64,000 nucleotides of DNA from Promethearchaeota archaeon (GCA_019057795.1 JAHLWS010000056.1:17582-81581), one strand, 5' to 3'. Positions 10,935 through 20,679 are shown, numbered from the stretch's first letter. The notes: a model not told the origin generated them from the letters alone. Translations and numbers: made by a program.

Positions 10935-12468
10935 CAGTATCTAAGTATTTATTTTTTTTTATTATTATTTTCGATGGTCAACAAGCCGACATTATTTGTA
11001 ATTTATCCGACCACCCCACGTGATTTTTTCTCTGATGAAAGAAATGATTCCATCAAGTAGTCTTGATTTTGAACTAATGTCCAAACTGGTCCCTTACCTT
11101 GATTTCTACTAGAAATTTGAATTAGCTTTTTATTCATTTTCCATGAATTATAAAGGAGCATTCTTACCAACATATCCAAGTATCGGACATTATCATAGTT
11201 TGACTTCCAACGACGATTAATTCGATTTAAGTCGGAGAAACTCGTTTCGATCAACCATCGTCGACGATAAAATAGTGCCGTGCGGGACGCCCAAGAGCTT
11301 GTCTTGCCTCGAGGCTTCTCGGTAGTCATTATTAAGAATAAACGCTTTCGAGCATCGTCCAACGATATTCTTCCCGCTTTATAATCTCGCTTGACTCCTT
11401 GAAGAGTGAATTGATTTTTTGCTTTTATTATCACATAAACATGGTGAGAAAATCGACATTTTGCAGCCGTCTTGCTAGAAAACGTGTATTTCCGCACTCG
11501 AGCATGCGTTCCCTTGAGATAATCGGTAAGGAATTGCTTGATCTTTTTATATTTCTTGGCAGGAACGATGACCTCACCCCCCATTCCTTTAATCCTATCT
11601 AATAATTCAGCTCTATAGAATTCTCTATCCATCAACACGAAGCCTAACTTAAATCCTAGCTTAAGTAATTTTTCAAGAAACTTTAAGATGATGGGTATTT
11701 TAGACTGACCCGTTGCCACTTGTTCCAATCCTGCATAAAGATGTGTTTCTCGGGACAATATCGAGAAGCCGAGGTAATGACGCATTTTTAGCGTTCCTTT
11801 CTGCCGGTTCGTTCCCTTGATCATGTTATCCTCTCTCTTTCCAAAATAAGGATGCTCAGTGAAATCAATGAGCACATTTACCTTCTTTGAGATGAACCCT
11901 TGTTTTAAGGCATCCAAGAGCTGCCCATCCAAGCACCCACGTAAGATCTTCTGCGCTTTCCTAAATCCAATCTTGCGGAGATACTTGTTGACTTCTGTTT
12001 GGTGAGGTATCGCGCGCTTTCTCCGTCCATCCGCAAATATTTTTGGTCTTCCTCCTCTATGGCTCATTAATTGGGCGTTGAGCAATTCACTCGTGTCATG
12101 AATGGACCTACCTAGTAATTCTGAGAAGAAGAACACCTTCAAAAACTCCTCCTCTTCATATCTCGAATTCTTGCCCTTTTTAAAACGCCAGGTGCGAGAG
12201 GTAACTTCATCACAAAACTTTTTAAAAAAAGACAGCATATTATGATTTGAAAGAAGTGATTTTATGCCCGAGTTCCTAACCGAATTAGGAAATATATTGC
12301 CTGGTAGCATATATTAATAATATCACTTCTTTCTTAAAAGTTTTAAGGTAGATTTCCGATGGAAATCAATTTAAAGTTTGAATATAAGCATTTGTAAAAT
12401 TGAAATAAAATTTACGAAAGATAAGATTCAGTTCAAGGGGTTTCTAACATCTAAATCCTTTGATACTG
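10935..12468 (-). mobile_element. insertion sequence, ISH3-family-like (1534 bp)
   Basis: TIRs CAGTATCTAAGTATTT (10935-10950) and CAGTATCAAAGGATTT (reverse complement of 12453-12468), 14/16 identical, CAGTA end typical of the ISH3 family; flanks TTTAT/TTTTT give only an imperfect TSD in a T-tract. Confidence 0.88.
11003..12310 (-). CDS. DDE transposase (ISH3/IS4 superfamily)
   Basis: IDFT, LMDREFY, YRRRWLIETSF (Y-R-E) motifs; higher GC than flanks. Confidence 0.93.
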   Translation of the reverse strand: MLPGNIFPNSVRNSGIKSLLSNHNMLSFFKKFCDEVTSRTWRFKKGKNSRYEEEEFLKVFFFSELLGRSIHDTSELLNAQLMSHRGGRPKIFADGRRKRAIPHQTEVNKYLRKIGFRKAQKILRGCLDGQLLDALKQGFISKKVNVLIDFTEHPYFGKREDNMIKGTNRQKGTLKMRHYLGFSILSRETHLYAGLEQVATGQSKIPIILKFLEKLLKLGFKLGFVLMDREFYRAELLDRIKGMGGEVIVPAKKYKKIKQFLTDYLKGTHARVRKYTFSSKTAAKCRFSHHVYVIIKAKNQFTLQGVKRDYKAGRISLDDARKRLFLIMTTEKPRGKTSSWASRTALFYRRRWLIETSFSDLNRINRRWKSNYDNVRYLDMLVRMLLYNSWKMNKKLIQISSRNQGKGPVWTLVQNQDYLMESFLSSEKKSRGVVG

Positions 12469-12604
12469 TTTTTTTTTTATTTTAAAGGTAGATTGCTTTT
12501 TCTAAGAATGTTACACAATTAAACTTCAAAATTCTTATTTGGTGACATTAATTATTAAATTAAACTCCACAAAAAAAAAGCAAAATAGGATAAGTGTAAA
12601 TCGA

Positions 12605-13309
12605 ATGGCCGAGGAATTTGACTTTGAAAAGTATTGGCTAAATAAGTTTTCTAACTGTTTAGACGAGGTTGCTGGAGAAGAAGTAAGAAAAGATGTAATG
12701 ACCGGAAGTGAAAAGCTTTCAGATGCATCGTCCAGAGAAGAAGTTATTAACTGGTCTAATCAAGCTATGGAAAGATTAAGTTCTTTAGTTAACGACGAAA
12801 AACAAATTGGTGTCATGACGGGATGCGCTTGTAATTATTCTAAATCTCAATTACAAGAGATAAGAGAAAAGTACGAACAAACAAAGGATATTAACGTAGC
12901 ACATCGTATGCTACAGGAACAATTTGAATCTCTGCTCAAGGATACACTTAAATTAAATGAAGATCTTATCAAAAAAGTTATTAAAAAAGGATGGAGTACT
13001 GCTGGAGTTAAGGAAGGAAATGTAATTATAGCTACCAAGATTCCTAAAAGCGCTTATATTAAACAATATTTAGAAACAACTGATCCAGACGAAAAAAGGG
13101 CCATTTATTGCCATTGTCCTCGCGTTAGAGACGCTTTAAAATTGTCAATAGAGAATTTACCAGAAATTTATTGCTACTGTGGAGCAGGCTTTTTCAAAGG
13201 TATCTGGGAAGAAATCCTTCAAAAACCCGTAAAAGTTAAGGTTTTAGAATCTGTTATGAAAGGAGACGAAGTGTGCAAAATTGCAATATATCTTCCTCCG
13301 GATGCGTAA
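12605..13309 (+). CDS. DUF6144-like Cys-containing protein
   Basis: GCAC, YCHCP, YCYCGAGF, ESVMKGDEVC motifs; start moved to ATG 12605 (MAEEFDF). Confidence 0.7.
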   Translation: MAEEFDFEKYWLNKFSNCLDEVAGEEVRKDVMTGSEKLSDASSREEVINWSNQAMERLSSLVNDEKQIGVMTGCACNYSKSQLQEIREKYEQTKDINVAHRMLQEQFESLLKDTLKLNEDLIKKVIKKGWSTAGVKEGNVIIATKIPKSAYIKQYLETTDPDEKRAIYCHCPRVRDALKLSIENLPEIYCYCGAGFFKGIWEEILQKPVKVKVLESVMKGDEVCKIAIYLPPDA

Positions 13310-13330
13310 ATTTAGAAAGAATAAAAGCGA

Positions 13331-13654
13331 CACCTGAGATATATACCCACCTTTTTGTTCTATTTCTCGTCGCCAAGAAATAGGTGGGGCATCAAACTAA
13401 GCGGCCTACCTAAAACTCGTTCCAAATACTCATCGCTTTCATTTGGCCTTGCACCAAGGTTTTAGCTCGTTCCAACCGTTCCCGATTACAATTTCTCTGG
13501 CTTAAATCCAAGTCATTAATGTACGTAAAAGGGCAGTGCCGTTTCAGTTGCTAAAATACGATTTTCACCGTAGTAGTTATCTACTCCTTGCTTGGAAAGT
13601 GAGGTGAGGTTCCTCAGCAGTTCAATGACTACCGTCAGCCCCATATTTCATGTG
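13331..13654 (-). ncRNA. rnpB: archaeal RNase P RNA
   Basis: Minus strand: GAGGAACCUCACCU and AACAAAAAGGUGGGUAU form P4 with the conserved bulged U; GGGGC/GCCCC P2; GCAACUGAAAC and GCAAGGCCAA conserved segments; P1 CACAUGAAAUAU/AUAUCUCAGGUG; P19-like hairpin CUAUUUCU/AGAAAUAG. Confidence 0.93.
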
Positions 13655-13860
13655 ATTTTCTTTTTTTCGCTTTTTACTTTCCAATTAATACATAGTTCCA
13701 TAACTATTTATAATTTAAGGTTATCTTGCAACGGTGTTATTTACAAAATTAAAAATACTTTTGAATTTAAAGCTCAATCTATATATCACTGGGATTGTTT
13801 TTTATAGAGAATAAAAAAAAAGTTATTAATTATTTTATTTATTTGTTAGAATGTCTTGAA

Positions 13861-16045
13861 CTAGGATAGAGCAAGTAAGTTTCCAAGCAACCCAGCTCCG
13901 CCATTGAACATTAGAAGTAAACCCATGAAAATCGAAGCTGTCAACGACATCACTACTAACAGCGTGTTTATACTTGGTCCTGCGGTGTCCTTTCATCGAT
14001 AATTGGTTTTCAATACCAAAGACCTTAAATGGGTCACCGACCGTATCTCCCGTTATACTAGCTTTATGTACTTCAGTCCCTTTTCCTCCAAGGTTACCGT
14101 CCTCTATCCATTTCTTTGCGTTATCCCATGCCCCACTTATGCTTTTTGCTCGAAATAAGCTATAATCTGCATTGGACATAAACACTGCAAACACAAATCC
14201 GGATAAGATAGCTCCAGCTAAGAATGCTACTAAGGAAGCTACGCCAAAAAGAATTCCAACACCAATAGGAACAGTTATAGAAATAATGCTTGGTATAATT
14301 AACTCACGTAGTGAGCCTTTTGTTGCAATATCAATTGTTTTATGGAAATCAGCGGGTTCTTCACCAGTTAATATTTTTGGATTTTCTTCAAATTGCCTAC
14401 GAATTTCATCGACCATCTTCGCTGCGTTTCTTTGGACAGCTAAGACTAACAACGCTGAAAATAGCGCTGGGATAACAACTCCTATAAAGGCACCTACTAG
14501 AACATTGACGCTTAATAAATCCACAACAGTAATACCAGCCTCTTCTGCAAAGGAAAACATTAAAGCCATGACGGTTAAGTTCGCAGCTCCAATTGCGAAT
14601 CCCTTTGTAATTGCTTTGGCGGTGTTACCAGCAGAATCTAATTTATCAGCAGTTCTAATTACTTCATCACCTAATTCTCCTTGTTCTGCAATAGCTCTTG
14701 CATTGTCAACGATTGGGCCATACGCATCATTTGTTACTATTGTTCCTACAATTGCTAACATTCCAACAGCAGCCATTGCTACACCAAATACACCAGCTAA
14801 CCAAAATGCAATTGTCATAGCAAGTATAACTCCTATTGCAGGAGGAACTACACTTAGAAGTCCATATGAGAAACCAGAAAGAATTACAACTGCATGACCT
14901 TCTTTAGCAGCATGAGCTATGTTTTGTACTGGTTTCCTATCATCCCGAGTAAAATAATCACTCGTAAAACCTAAAACTATACCAGATATAAGTCCAATCA
15001 CTGATGTGCCCCATATTCGCCATAATAACCACATTTCATCGTCTCCTAATCCAATTGATAGGAAAATCGTTATTACAGCGGATAATGCAAAATAGATTAA
15101 AGTTGCTAAATAAGTTCCTGTGTTTAAAGCTTTTCCAGGTTCTTCAGAACCTTTATATTTTATTATGTATATTCCTATAAGCGAAGCAATTAGCCCTACG
15201 CCGCAAAAAACAACTGGAGCAACAATAAATACAGAGGTTCCTATAGTTGTTAATGTTACATTTGCGAAAGGTGCTTTAATAATACCTGCTACACCAAAGG
15301 CTGCTGCAAGCATCATTGCTGCAACAATGGATGCAACATAAGAATCGAATAGGTCACTGCCCATTCCAGCTATGTCACCAACATTATCACCTACATTATC
15401 AGCGATCGTTGCTGGATTTCTTGGATCATCTTCAGGTAGATTGTATTCAGCTTTTCCTACTAAATCAGCACCTACATCTGCTGTTTTCGTAAAAATTCCA
15501 CCGCCACACTTCATAAATAAAGCTATACTACTGGCACCGAAGCTAAACCCTAACACAACAAGAGGAGACTGAAAAATCCAATAGATTATTGATACGCCTA
15601 TTAAAGCAACTCCCACCACGGCTAAACCCATTACTGCTCCTCCAAAAAATGCTACATCGAAACCGGCTTTTGTGCCCTTGGTACAACCTTGTGCTGCTCT
15701 CGTATTTGCTTTAACACCAACATACATCCCTAACCAACCTGCGAGCATAGAACCCACACAACCAATTAAGTACGCTATCGCTTGTTCCCAATTTAATGTC
15801 CCAGGATTCGTCATATTAGGAAGTAAGAATAACATTACTAAAAAAAGTACTCCTACAAAGATTCCAAGAACTTTATATTGGACTTTTAAGTATGTTTTAG
15901 CCCCTTCTTCGATATATCCAGCGACTTCTTGCATTCTTTCGTTGCCAGGATCTTCTTTTAAAACTAAAGATCTAAAGTATACAGCAAGAACGATTGAAAT
16001 TATCCCTGCGATTAGTGCAACAATTAAAATTATTGGCACTGCCAT
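13861..16045 (-). CDS. hppA: membrane H+-translocating pyrophosphatase (K+-independent type), spliced: complement(join(13861..13991,14026..14136,14167..16045)), 706 aa
   Basis: GGGIFTKTADVGADLVGK, EDDPRN, DNVGDNVGD, GNTAKA (Lys indicates K+-independent); removing two inserts restores MSNAGGAWDNAKK and GDTVGDPFKDTAGPSIN plus a final TM helix ending at TAG 13861-13863; exon sum 2121 nt. Confidence 0.95.
13992..14025 (-). other. putative BHB mRNA intron 2 of hppA (34 nt, frame-disrupting)
   Basis: Intron AGGUCUUUGGUAUUGAAAACCAAUUAUCGAUGAA; central helix CAUU/GAUG, bulges UA^A and AA^A, exon helix CGGUG-A-CC/GG-A-CACCG, intron hairpin UUGGU/ACCAA; ligation gives UUU A|AG GAC (F-K-D). Confidence 0.88.
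14137..14166 (-). other. putative BHB mRNA intron 1 of hppA (30 nt, in frame)
   Basis: Intron AUUAUAGCUUAUUUCGAGCAAAAAGCAUAA; central helix AUGC/GCAU, bulges AG^A and AA^G, exon helix AUGUCCA/UGG(G)GCAU; ligation gives GCA G|GU GGG (A-G-G). Confidence 0.85.
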
Positions 16046-16207
16046 TTTTATTCACTTTTTATTTTTTTTTATTTAAATTTTTATATTAAGATATAATTAA
16101 TATTTATTCTATTAGCCTAATTCCTATAAATTTTTTGAATTTTGTAAAATTATTGAACAAAAATGACGAAAGAATAGCAAAATTTCAAAAAGATTTAAAG
16201 AATACCT

Positions 16208-16375
16208 TTATTTAATGAGATTCTTTTTATTTTTTCTTTTCATATACTCTGGTATATGAGTCTGCTCACATTTTCTACGGGAAGCCCAATTCTTCCAAGT
16301 TGACTCGAAAATCTCCTCTACTTTATCGTCGTCAAGTTTGGATTTTTCTTTTTTCTTATTCTTATCATTTTTCAT
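16208..16375 (-). CDS. small hypothetical protein (55 aa)
   Basis: MKNDKNKKKEKSKLDDDKVEEIFESTWKNWASRRKCEQTHIPEYMK...; follows the upstream gene on the same strand. Confidence 0.5.
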   Translation of the reverse strand: MKNDKNKKKEKSKLDDDKVEEIFESTWKNWASRRKCEQTHIPEYMKRKNKKNLIK

Positions 16376-16407
16376 GGCTTTAACCAACCTATAATTTAAT
16401 CCCTATA

Positions 16408-17298
16408 CTAAAGGCGAAGTGTATTGAATTCGTCATTATTAAATCCCCAAGATTGTAATATATTCTCTGCATTTTTAATCATTTCCTCGATTAAGGTTTT
16501 CACAGGGATAATTTCATTATGGTGTCCTATTGCGGTTGAAGGTGCCATAAAATTTTTTACATTGAAAGTGTATATTTTTTTATGAAATTGCTCGTCAAAT
16601 ACATCTAGATTTAGCCATTTTTCCTTAATTCTCTCTGGCACTGGACATTCTTTAGTAACCATTAAAGCCGTACCTAAGCACACCGCATCAGCACCCAATG
16701 CCAGAACACCTAAAAATCCTCTTGAATCTCCGATTCCTCCTGCTGCAATTATAGGAACTTTAAGCAATTTTTTTGCCATCGTTATGTTTACCAAAGTACT
16801 GTTTGTTAGGGGATTTTTGAATCCAGTTCCTTCTAAACCTACTATAGTAACGCCATCTGCACCCTCTTTTTCTGCTGAAATAGCATGCTTTACCAACACG
16901 CATTTATGAAACCATAAGCCACCTGCTTCGTGAACTCTTGTGCCGATGAACGAAGCTTTATATCCAGAAGTTGTAAAGATGGTACAGTTTTCATTGATTG
17001 CTATTTCCACATAATCTAAATATCTTTTTCTGGTTCTATTATCTTCACCATTTTCTTTTAAGCTACGATGCGGCAAAGAAAGGTTTATTCCAAAAGGTTT
17101 GTCAGTTAATTTTCTCATTTTTTGTAAATCTTTCTTAAAATCTTCTGGATTTGGAAAGTTTAACGCAGCTATTATTCCTAACCCACCTGAGTTTGAAAAA
17201 GATGATGCAAATTCGGCTTTACCCCAGCCCCCAAAAGCTCCCATTACGAGGGGGTACCTAATTCCAAAGATTTGAGTTATTTTAGTCTTCCACTTCAT
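16408..17298 (-). CDS. nitronate monooxygenase / FabK-like FMN oxidoreductase
   Basis: TDKPFGINL, PIIAAGGIGD, LGADAVCLGT; lacks the usual EAGGH His (has EGTGF). Confidence 0.88.
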   Translation of the reverse strand: MKWKTKITQIFGIRYPLVMGAFGGWGKAEFASSFSNSGGLGIIAALNFPNPEDFKKDLQKMRKLTDKPFGINLSLPHRSLKENGEDNRTRKRYLDYVEIAINENCTIFTTSGYKASFIGTRVHEAGGLWFHKCVLVKHAISAEKEGADGVTIVGLEGTGFKNPLTNSTLVNITMAKKLLKVPIIAAGGIGDSRGFLGVLALGADAVCLGTALMVTKECPVPERIKEKWLNLDVFDEQFHKKIYTFNVKNFMAPSTAIGHHNEIIPVKTLIEEMIKNAENILQSWGFNNDEFNTLRL

Positions 17299-17338
17299 TT
17301 TCTAATAAGATAAAAATTTAACCTCTTATCATTGATTT

Positions 17339-18870
17339 TTAGAATCCTGAATTTCTTTTAGGGAACCTAGTTCGAGTCATGGAATATTCGTGGAACATTT
17401 TGTCCAATAGTTTTAGTCTTAGCTCTTGATCTTTTTCCCATAAATTATTTAATTCTGCCTTGTCGTTCTTTCGATCGAAAAGGTCTCCGTACCCCGGCAA
17501 CTCAGCATATTTAGTTAATTTAAAATCTTTTGTTATTATATGAATTAGTCTCGTATATAAGGGTCCGCGCGGACCTACTTCTTCGTCTTCCGTGATTAGA
17601 ATGGAATCTCGTAATTCTATTGTAGGATCCTTCAAAACGGGCGTCATATCATAGCCTTGCATTCCCGGTGGTCTATATCTTTCCTTGATATTTAGTAACT
17701 CAAGAATAGTTTTAGGTATATCTACTGAACTGATTAACGCATCAGAAACTGCTGATTTAGTAACGCCAGGAACCCGCCAAATTAAAGGGACTTGCAAAGT
17801 TCCGTTAAAGGGAGAAATTCCTTTTAATATTAAACTGTGGTCTCCCATGTAATCTCCGTGATCTGATGTGAAAATCACCATCGTATTATCTGCTAATCCG
17901 AATTTTTCCAATGAAGCTAAAATTTGACCTACAGCGTGATCAATTAAAGAAACAGAACCGTAGCTGAGAGCAATAAACTTCCTTATATTTTCTTCTGTTT
18001 CTTCGTGTAATAATGATCCTCTTGCGGGGGGATGTTCTAAATGCTTTTTTAAATAAGGGTGTTTATATAAGTTCTTTATATTATGGAAATTCTCAGGAAG
18101 TACCATGGCTTCTGGTTTATACATCTCTCTATACTTTCCAGGTGGTGAGACTGGTTGATGGGGATCTGGAAATGAACAATGCAAAAAGAAAGGTTTTTCT
18201 CCGTAAATACCATTAGAATACTTTTCTAAAAACGCTATGGTATTATTTTGAATGTATGTAGTATTATAAAGTTCTAAAGGAACCCAATTATCATAAAAAA
18301 TCTCTTGTGTTGGTATTTTATTTGAATACTCCTCTACAATTTTTTTCGCAATTTTAGGATCTCTTTCTTCTATCCACTCAAGATAGTGTCCCAAACATGC
18401 GTTACCATGTCCTACAACTAAATCGACTTCCTCAAACCCATAATAGGGGAGTGGAAAATTCTCATGTGCTAGATGATTACCTTTAGGGTTTCTCGTTTTC
18501 CAGTCTTGAAAATCCTCTGCCGATTGTATTTTTGGGTCGTATCTTGGCGTCCAAGTGTTGTAATGAGTTTTACCTATAGTAATAGTATGGTACCCTCTTT
18601 TTACAAGCGTTTGAGTTATTGTGGCAGATCTTTTGGTAAATTTATACCGTTACTTCGCACGCCATGAACGTTAGGATAGTATCCAGTTAGCATCGTGGCT
18701 CTATTAGGCATACACATGGGACTTACACAGAAAGCGTTAGAAAACCTTATATTTTCTTTAGCAAACCTATCTAAATTGGGGGTTTTAACTATTTCATTGC
18801 CATAACAACCCAACATATCAGCACGCTGCTGATCTGTGATAATAAAAAGTACATTCATTTTTTTGCTCAT
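17339..18870 (-). pseudogene. sulfatase (choline/arylsulfatase-like) with a 1-nt frameshift near 18620-18624
   Basis: N-part ITDQQRAD and CMPNRATMLTG (CxPxR); adding 1 nt restores DLPTITQTLVKRGYHTITIGKTHY and joins the C-terminal ORF (FPDPH, FTSDHGD), about 510 aa. Confidence 0.85.
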
Positions 18871-18995
18871 AATAATATAAATCTCCTAAATAGTAATAAA
18901 AAGTAAATATTAACTTAGTTTAGAAAAACCAAAATCAGTAATAAAATTTTCAAATTTTTATTTAATTAGTAATAAATTAACAAAATGAAAGATAA

Positions 18996-19880
18996 TTACA
19001 AGTGAAAGTCACTAACCTTAGGTCGAGTTTCAATTTCGGGATAAATCTTTCCTACTATGGGCGGAGTACTATTATAAATTTCTTCAATCTCTATAACGCC
19101 AAACTTAATCCCTCTAAATTTCTTAAAACCCGTAAACGTTCCTTTTACGACTTGATTATAAAAATCAAAATTCATTCCAAAAACAGCCACTTTTGAGTTA
19201 ATGGGTATCTGGTATAAATCTTCTTTTAAAACAGAAGGAGGAAACACTAATCTGTTGTGATCGGCCGCTTGAAGTTGGATACAAGGAATCATAGTTGGAT
19301 AACCATCAGTGGGGTCTATATACGCAATTACTCTAACGGCGATTAAGTCCGCGAATAATTTGTGTCCAAGAACATTTAAACGCTTTTCTTCGAGTTTTGT
19401 TTTCGCTCCGCCTTTCCCAATCATATCTTTAATTATTCCTTTTACGACACCAAACAAGGGTAAATTTCTAACAGGCGTCACAGCTACTATGTTATTGTAG
19501 TACGCTGTATGAACTCTTACATAAGTAAAGTAGCGCATCAATTGCGACTGGTTAAAATGCTCTAAATCTTCTCCTTCACTGGTAGTATGAGTAAAATCTG
19601 CTTTAGCTTGGAGAAATTTAAATGGCATTTCAGCAGTCATAAAAAAGATTCCTTGTTTTGGTCTCTTTTTAACGTATTTCTTTGACGTACCTTCAGTAAA
19701 AGCCCCCCACACTATTTGTTTTTTATTAATAGCCCGATTACTCGAAATTAGAGTTATGTGGGGCCAACCTCGATCGTCTATAGTAGATATTAACTTCAAC
19801 ATAATATCTGGTTGCGTAAATTCTATTCCTTCCTCTGATATTTCGGACGACCACCTAACTATATTATTTTTCTTACCCAT
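18996..19880 (-). CDS. tandem pyridoxamine 5'-phosphate oxidase-like (split-barrel FMN-binding) protein
   Basis: Two repeats of the ST/AY-ID-xx-G-W/Y-P motif (STIDDRGWPH; AYIDPTDGYP). Confidence 0.7.
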   Translation of the reverse strand: MGKKNNIVRWSSEISEEGIEFTQPDIMLKLISTIDDRGWPHITLISSNRAINKKQIVWGAFTEGTSKKYVKKRPKQGIFFMTAEMPFKFLQAKADFTHTTSEGEDLEHFNQSQLMRYFTYVRVHTAYYNNIVAVTPVRNLPLFGVVKGIIKDMIGKGGAKTKLEEKRLNVLGHKLFADLIAVRVIAYIDPTDGYPTMIPCIQLQAADHNRLVFPPSVLKEDLYQIPINSKVAVFGMNFDFYNQVVKGTFTGFKKFRGIKFGVIEIEEIYNSTPPIVGKIYPEIETRPKVSDFHL

Positions 19881-20283
19881 TTTGTTTCAAATTTTAAAAT
19901 GTTATCTTAAATTAAAATATTTCTTCCTTAATTTTAATTTAGCAGTAAACAAAGTAGAATTAATAGTGATGCAAAAAAGAGTAAAAATCACTATGTTGGA
20001 TATAAATAGAGAGAAAAAAAGAGTGAGAGCGAAAAAAGCTTTAACGGCTTATAAACCCCAGCTACCTGATTTAATAATGGAATCAAATACATTTGAGCCC
20101 TCAAGATACTTAATTTTTCGATTTATTTTGCCCTATCTTGCATGAGACTTTGGATTTCTAATCTTTGAAAATAAAATATATCAGAACCAATAAAACATAT
20201 TCCGATATAGTAATAGGAAAAATAAAATCTCAATTTAAAAATTTATAGATGATTTTATATTTTAATTAAAACATTATGTTATT

Positions 20284-20679
20284 ATGGATAAAGATATTAA
20301 ACAATCAATTGAGGAATTTTTAGAATTAATAAAATAGGAAAAAATTTATCCCAGAATTGAATTTATCGTATTGTATGGTTCTTCTTTGAGTGATTATTTT
20401 TATAAAGATAGTGATATTGATATTTGTATATATATCGAAGATGAAAAAAAGGAATTGGCTAAAATACGCTTAAATTTATTGAAAAAATTAGATGAGAAAT
20501 TTGATATTCAAATATTTCAATTACTTCCTATTTATGTCCAAGTTGAAATACTTAAAGGTAAATTTCTTTATATGAGGGATGAATTTAAGGTATACAAAAT
20601 TGCGAATGATATTATTGAAGAATTTGAAGCTTTTTATCCCTTTTACTTAGATTATATTAATGAGGGAAAGAAGAGTTAA
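20284..20679 (+). pseudogene. minimal nucleotidyltransferase (MNT) with in-frame TAG at 20335-20337
   Basis: MDKDIKQSIEEFLELIK*EKIYPRIEFIVLYGS...SDIDICI; GS/DxD Pol-beta motif; no HEPN partner downstream. Confidence 0.75.

Noticed and set aside
13592-13807. 71-aa + strand ORF
   Set aside because: Overlaps the RNase P RNA 5' end and its upstream region; no protein features.
13835-13991. ORF-track C-terminus of hppA (GHRRTKYKH...ILTNK, 736 aa)
   Set aside because: It is the shifted frame caused by intron 2; the conserved DTAGPSIN and TM helix lie in another frame ending at 13861.
13992-14166. hppA inserts as transposon footprints, spliceosomal introns or programmed frameshifts
   Set aside because: Intron 1 has no flanking duplication. 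In intron 2 one register of the AAGG repeat reads GU...AG, but 34 nt and the exact BHB fit favour EndA splicing. A ribosomal frameshift would leave about 11 extra residues in the catalytic motif.
13974-16076. Several long + strand ORFs (e.g. 14172..14897, 15672..16076)
   Set aside because: Antisense shadows of the hydrophobic hppA gene.
19756-20230. 129-aa + ORF and a possible degraded - strand membrane gene
   Set aside because: The + ORF overlaps a real gene antisense and has no motifs; the - frame has several stops and no recognisable homology.
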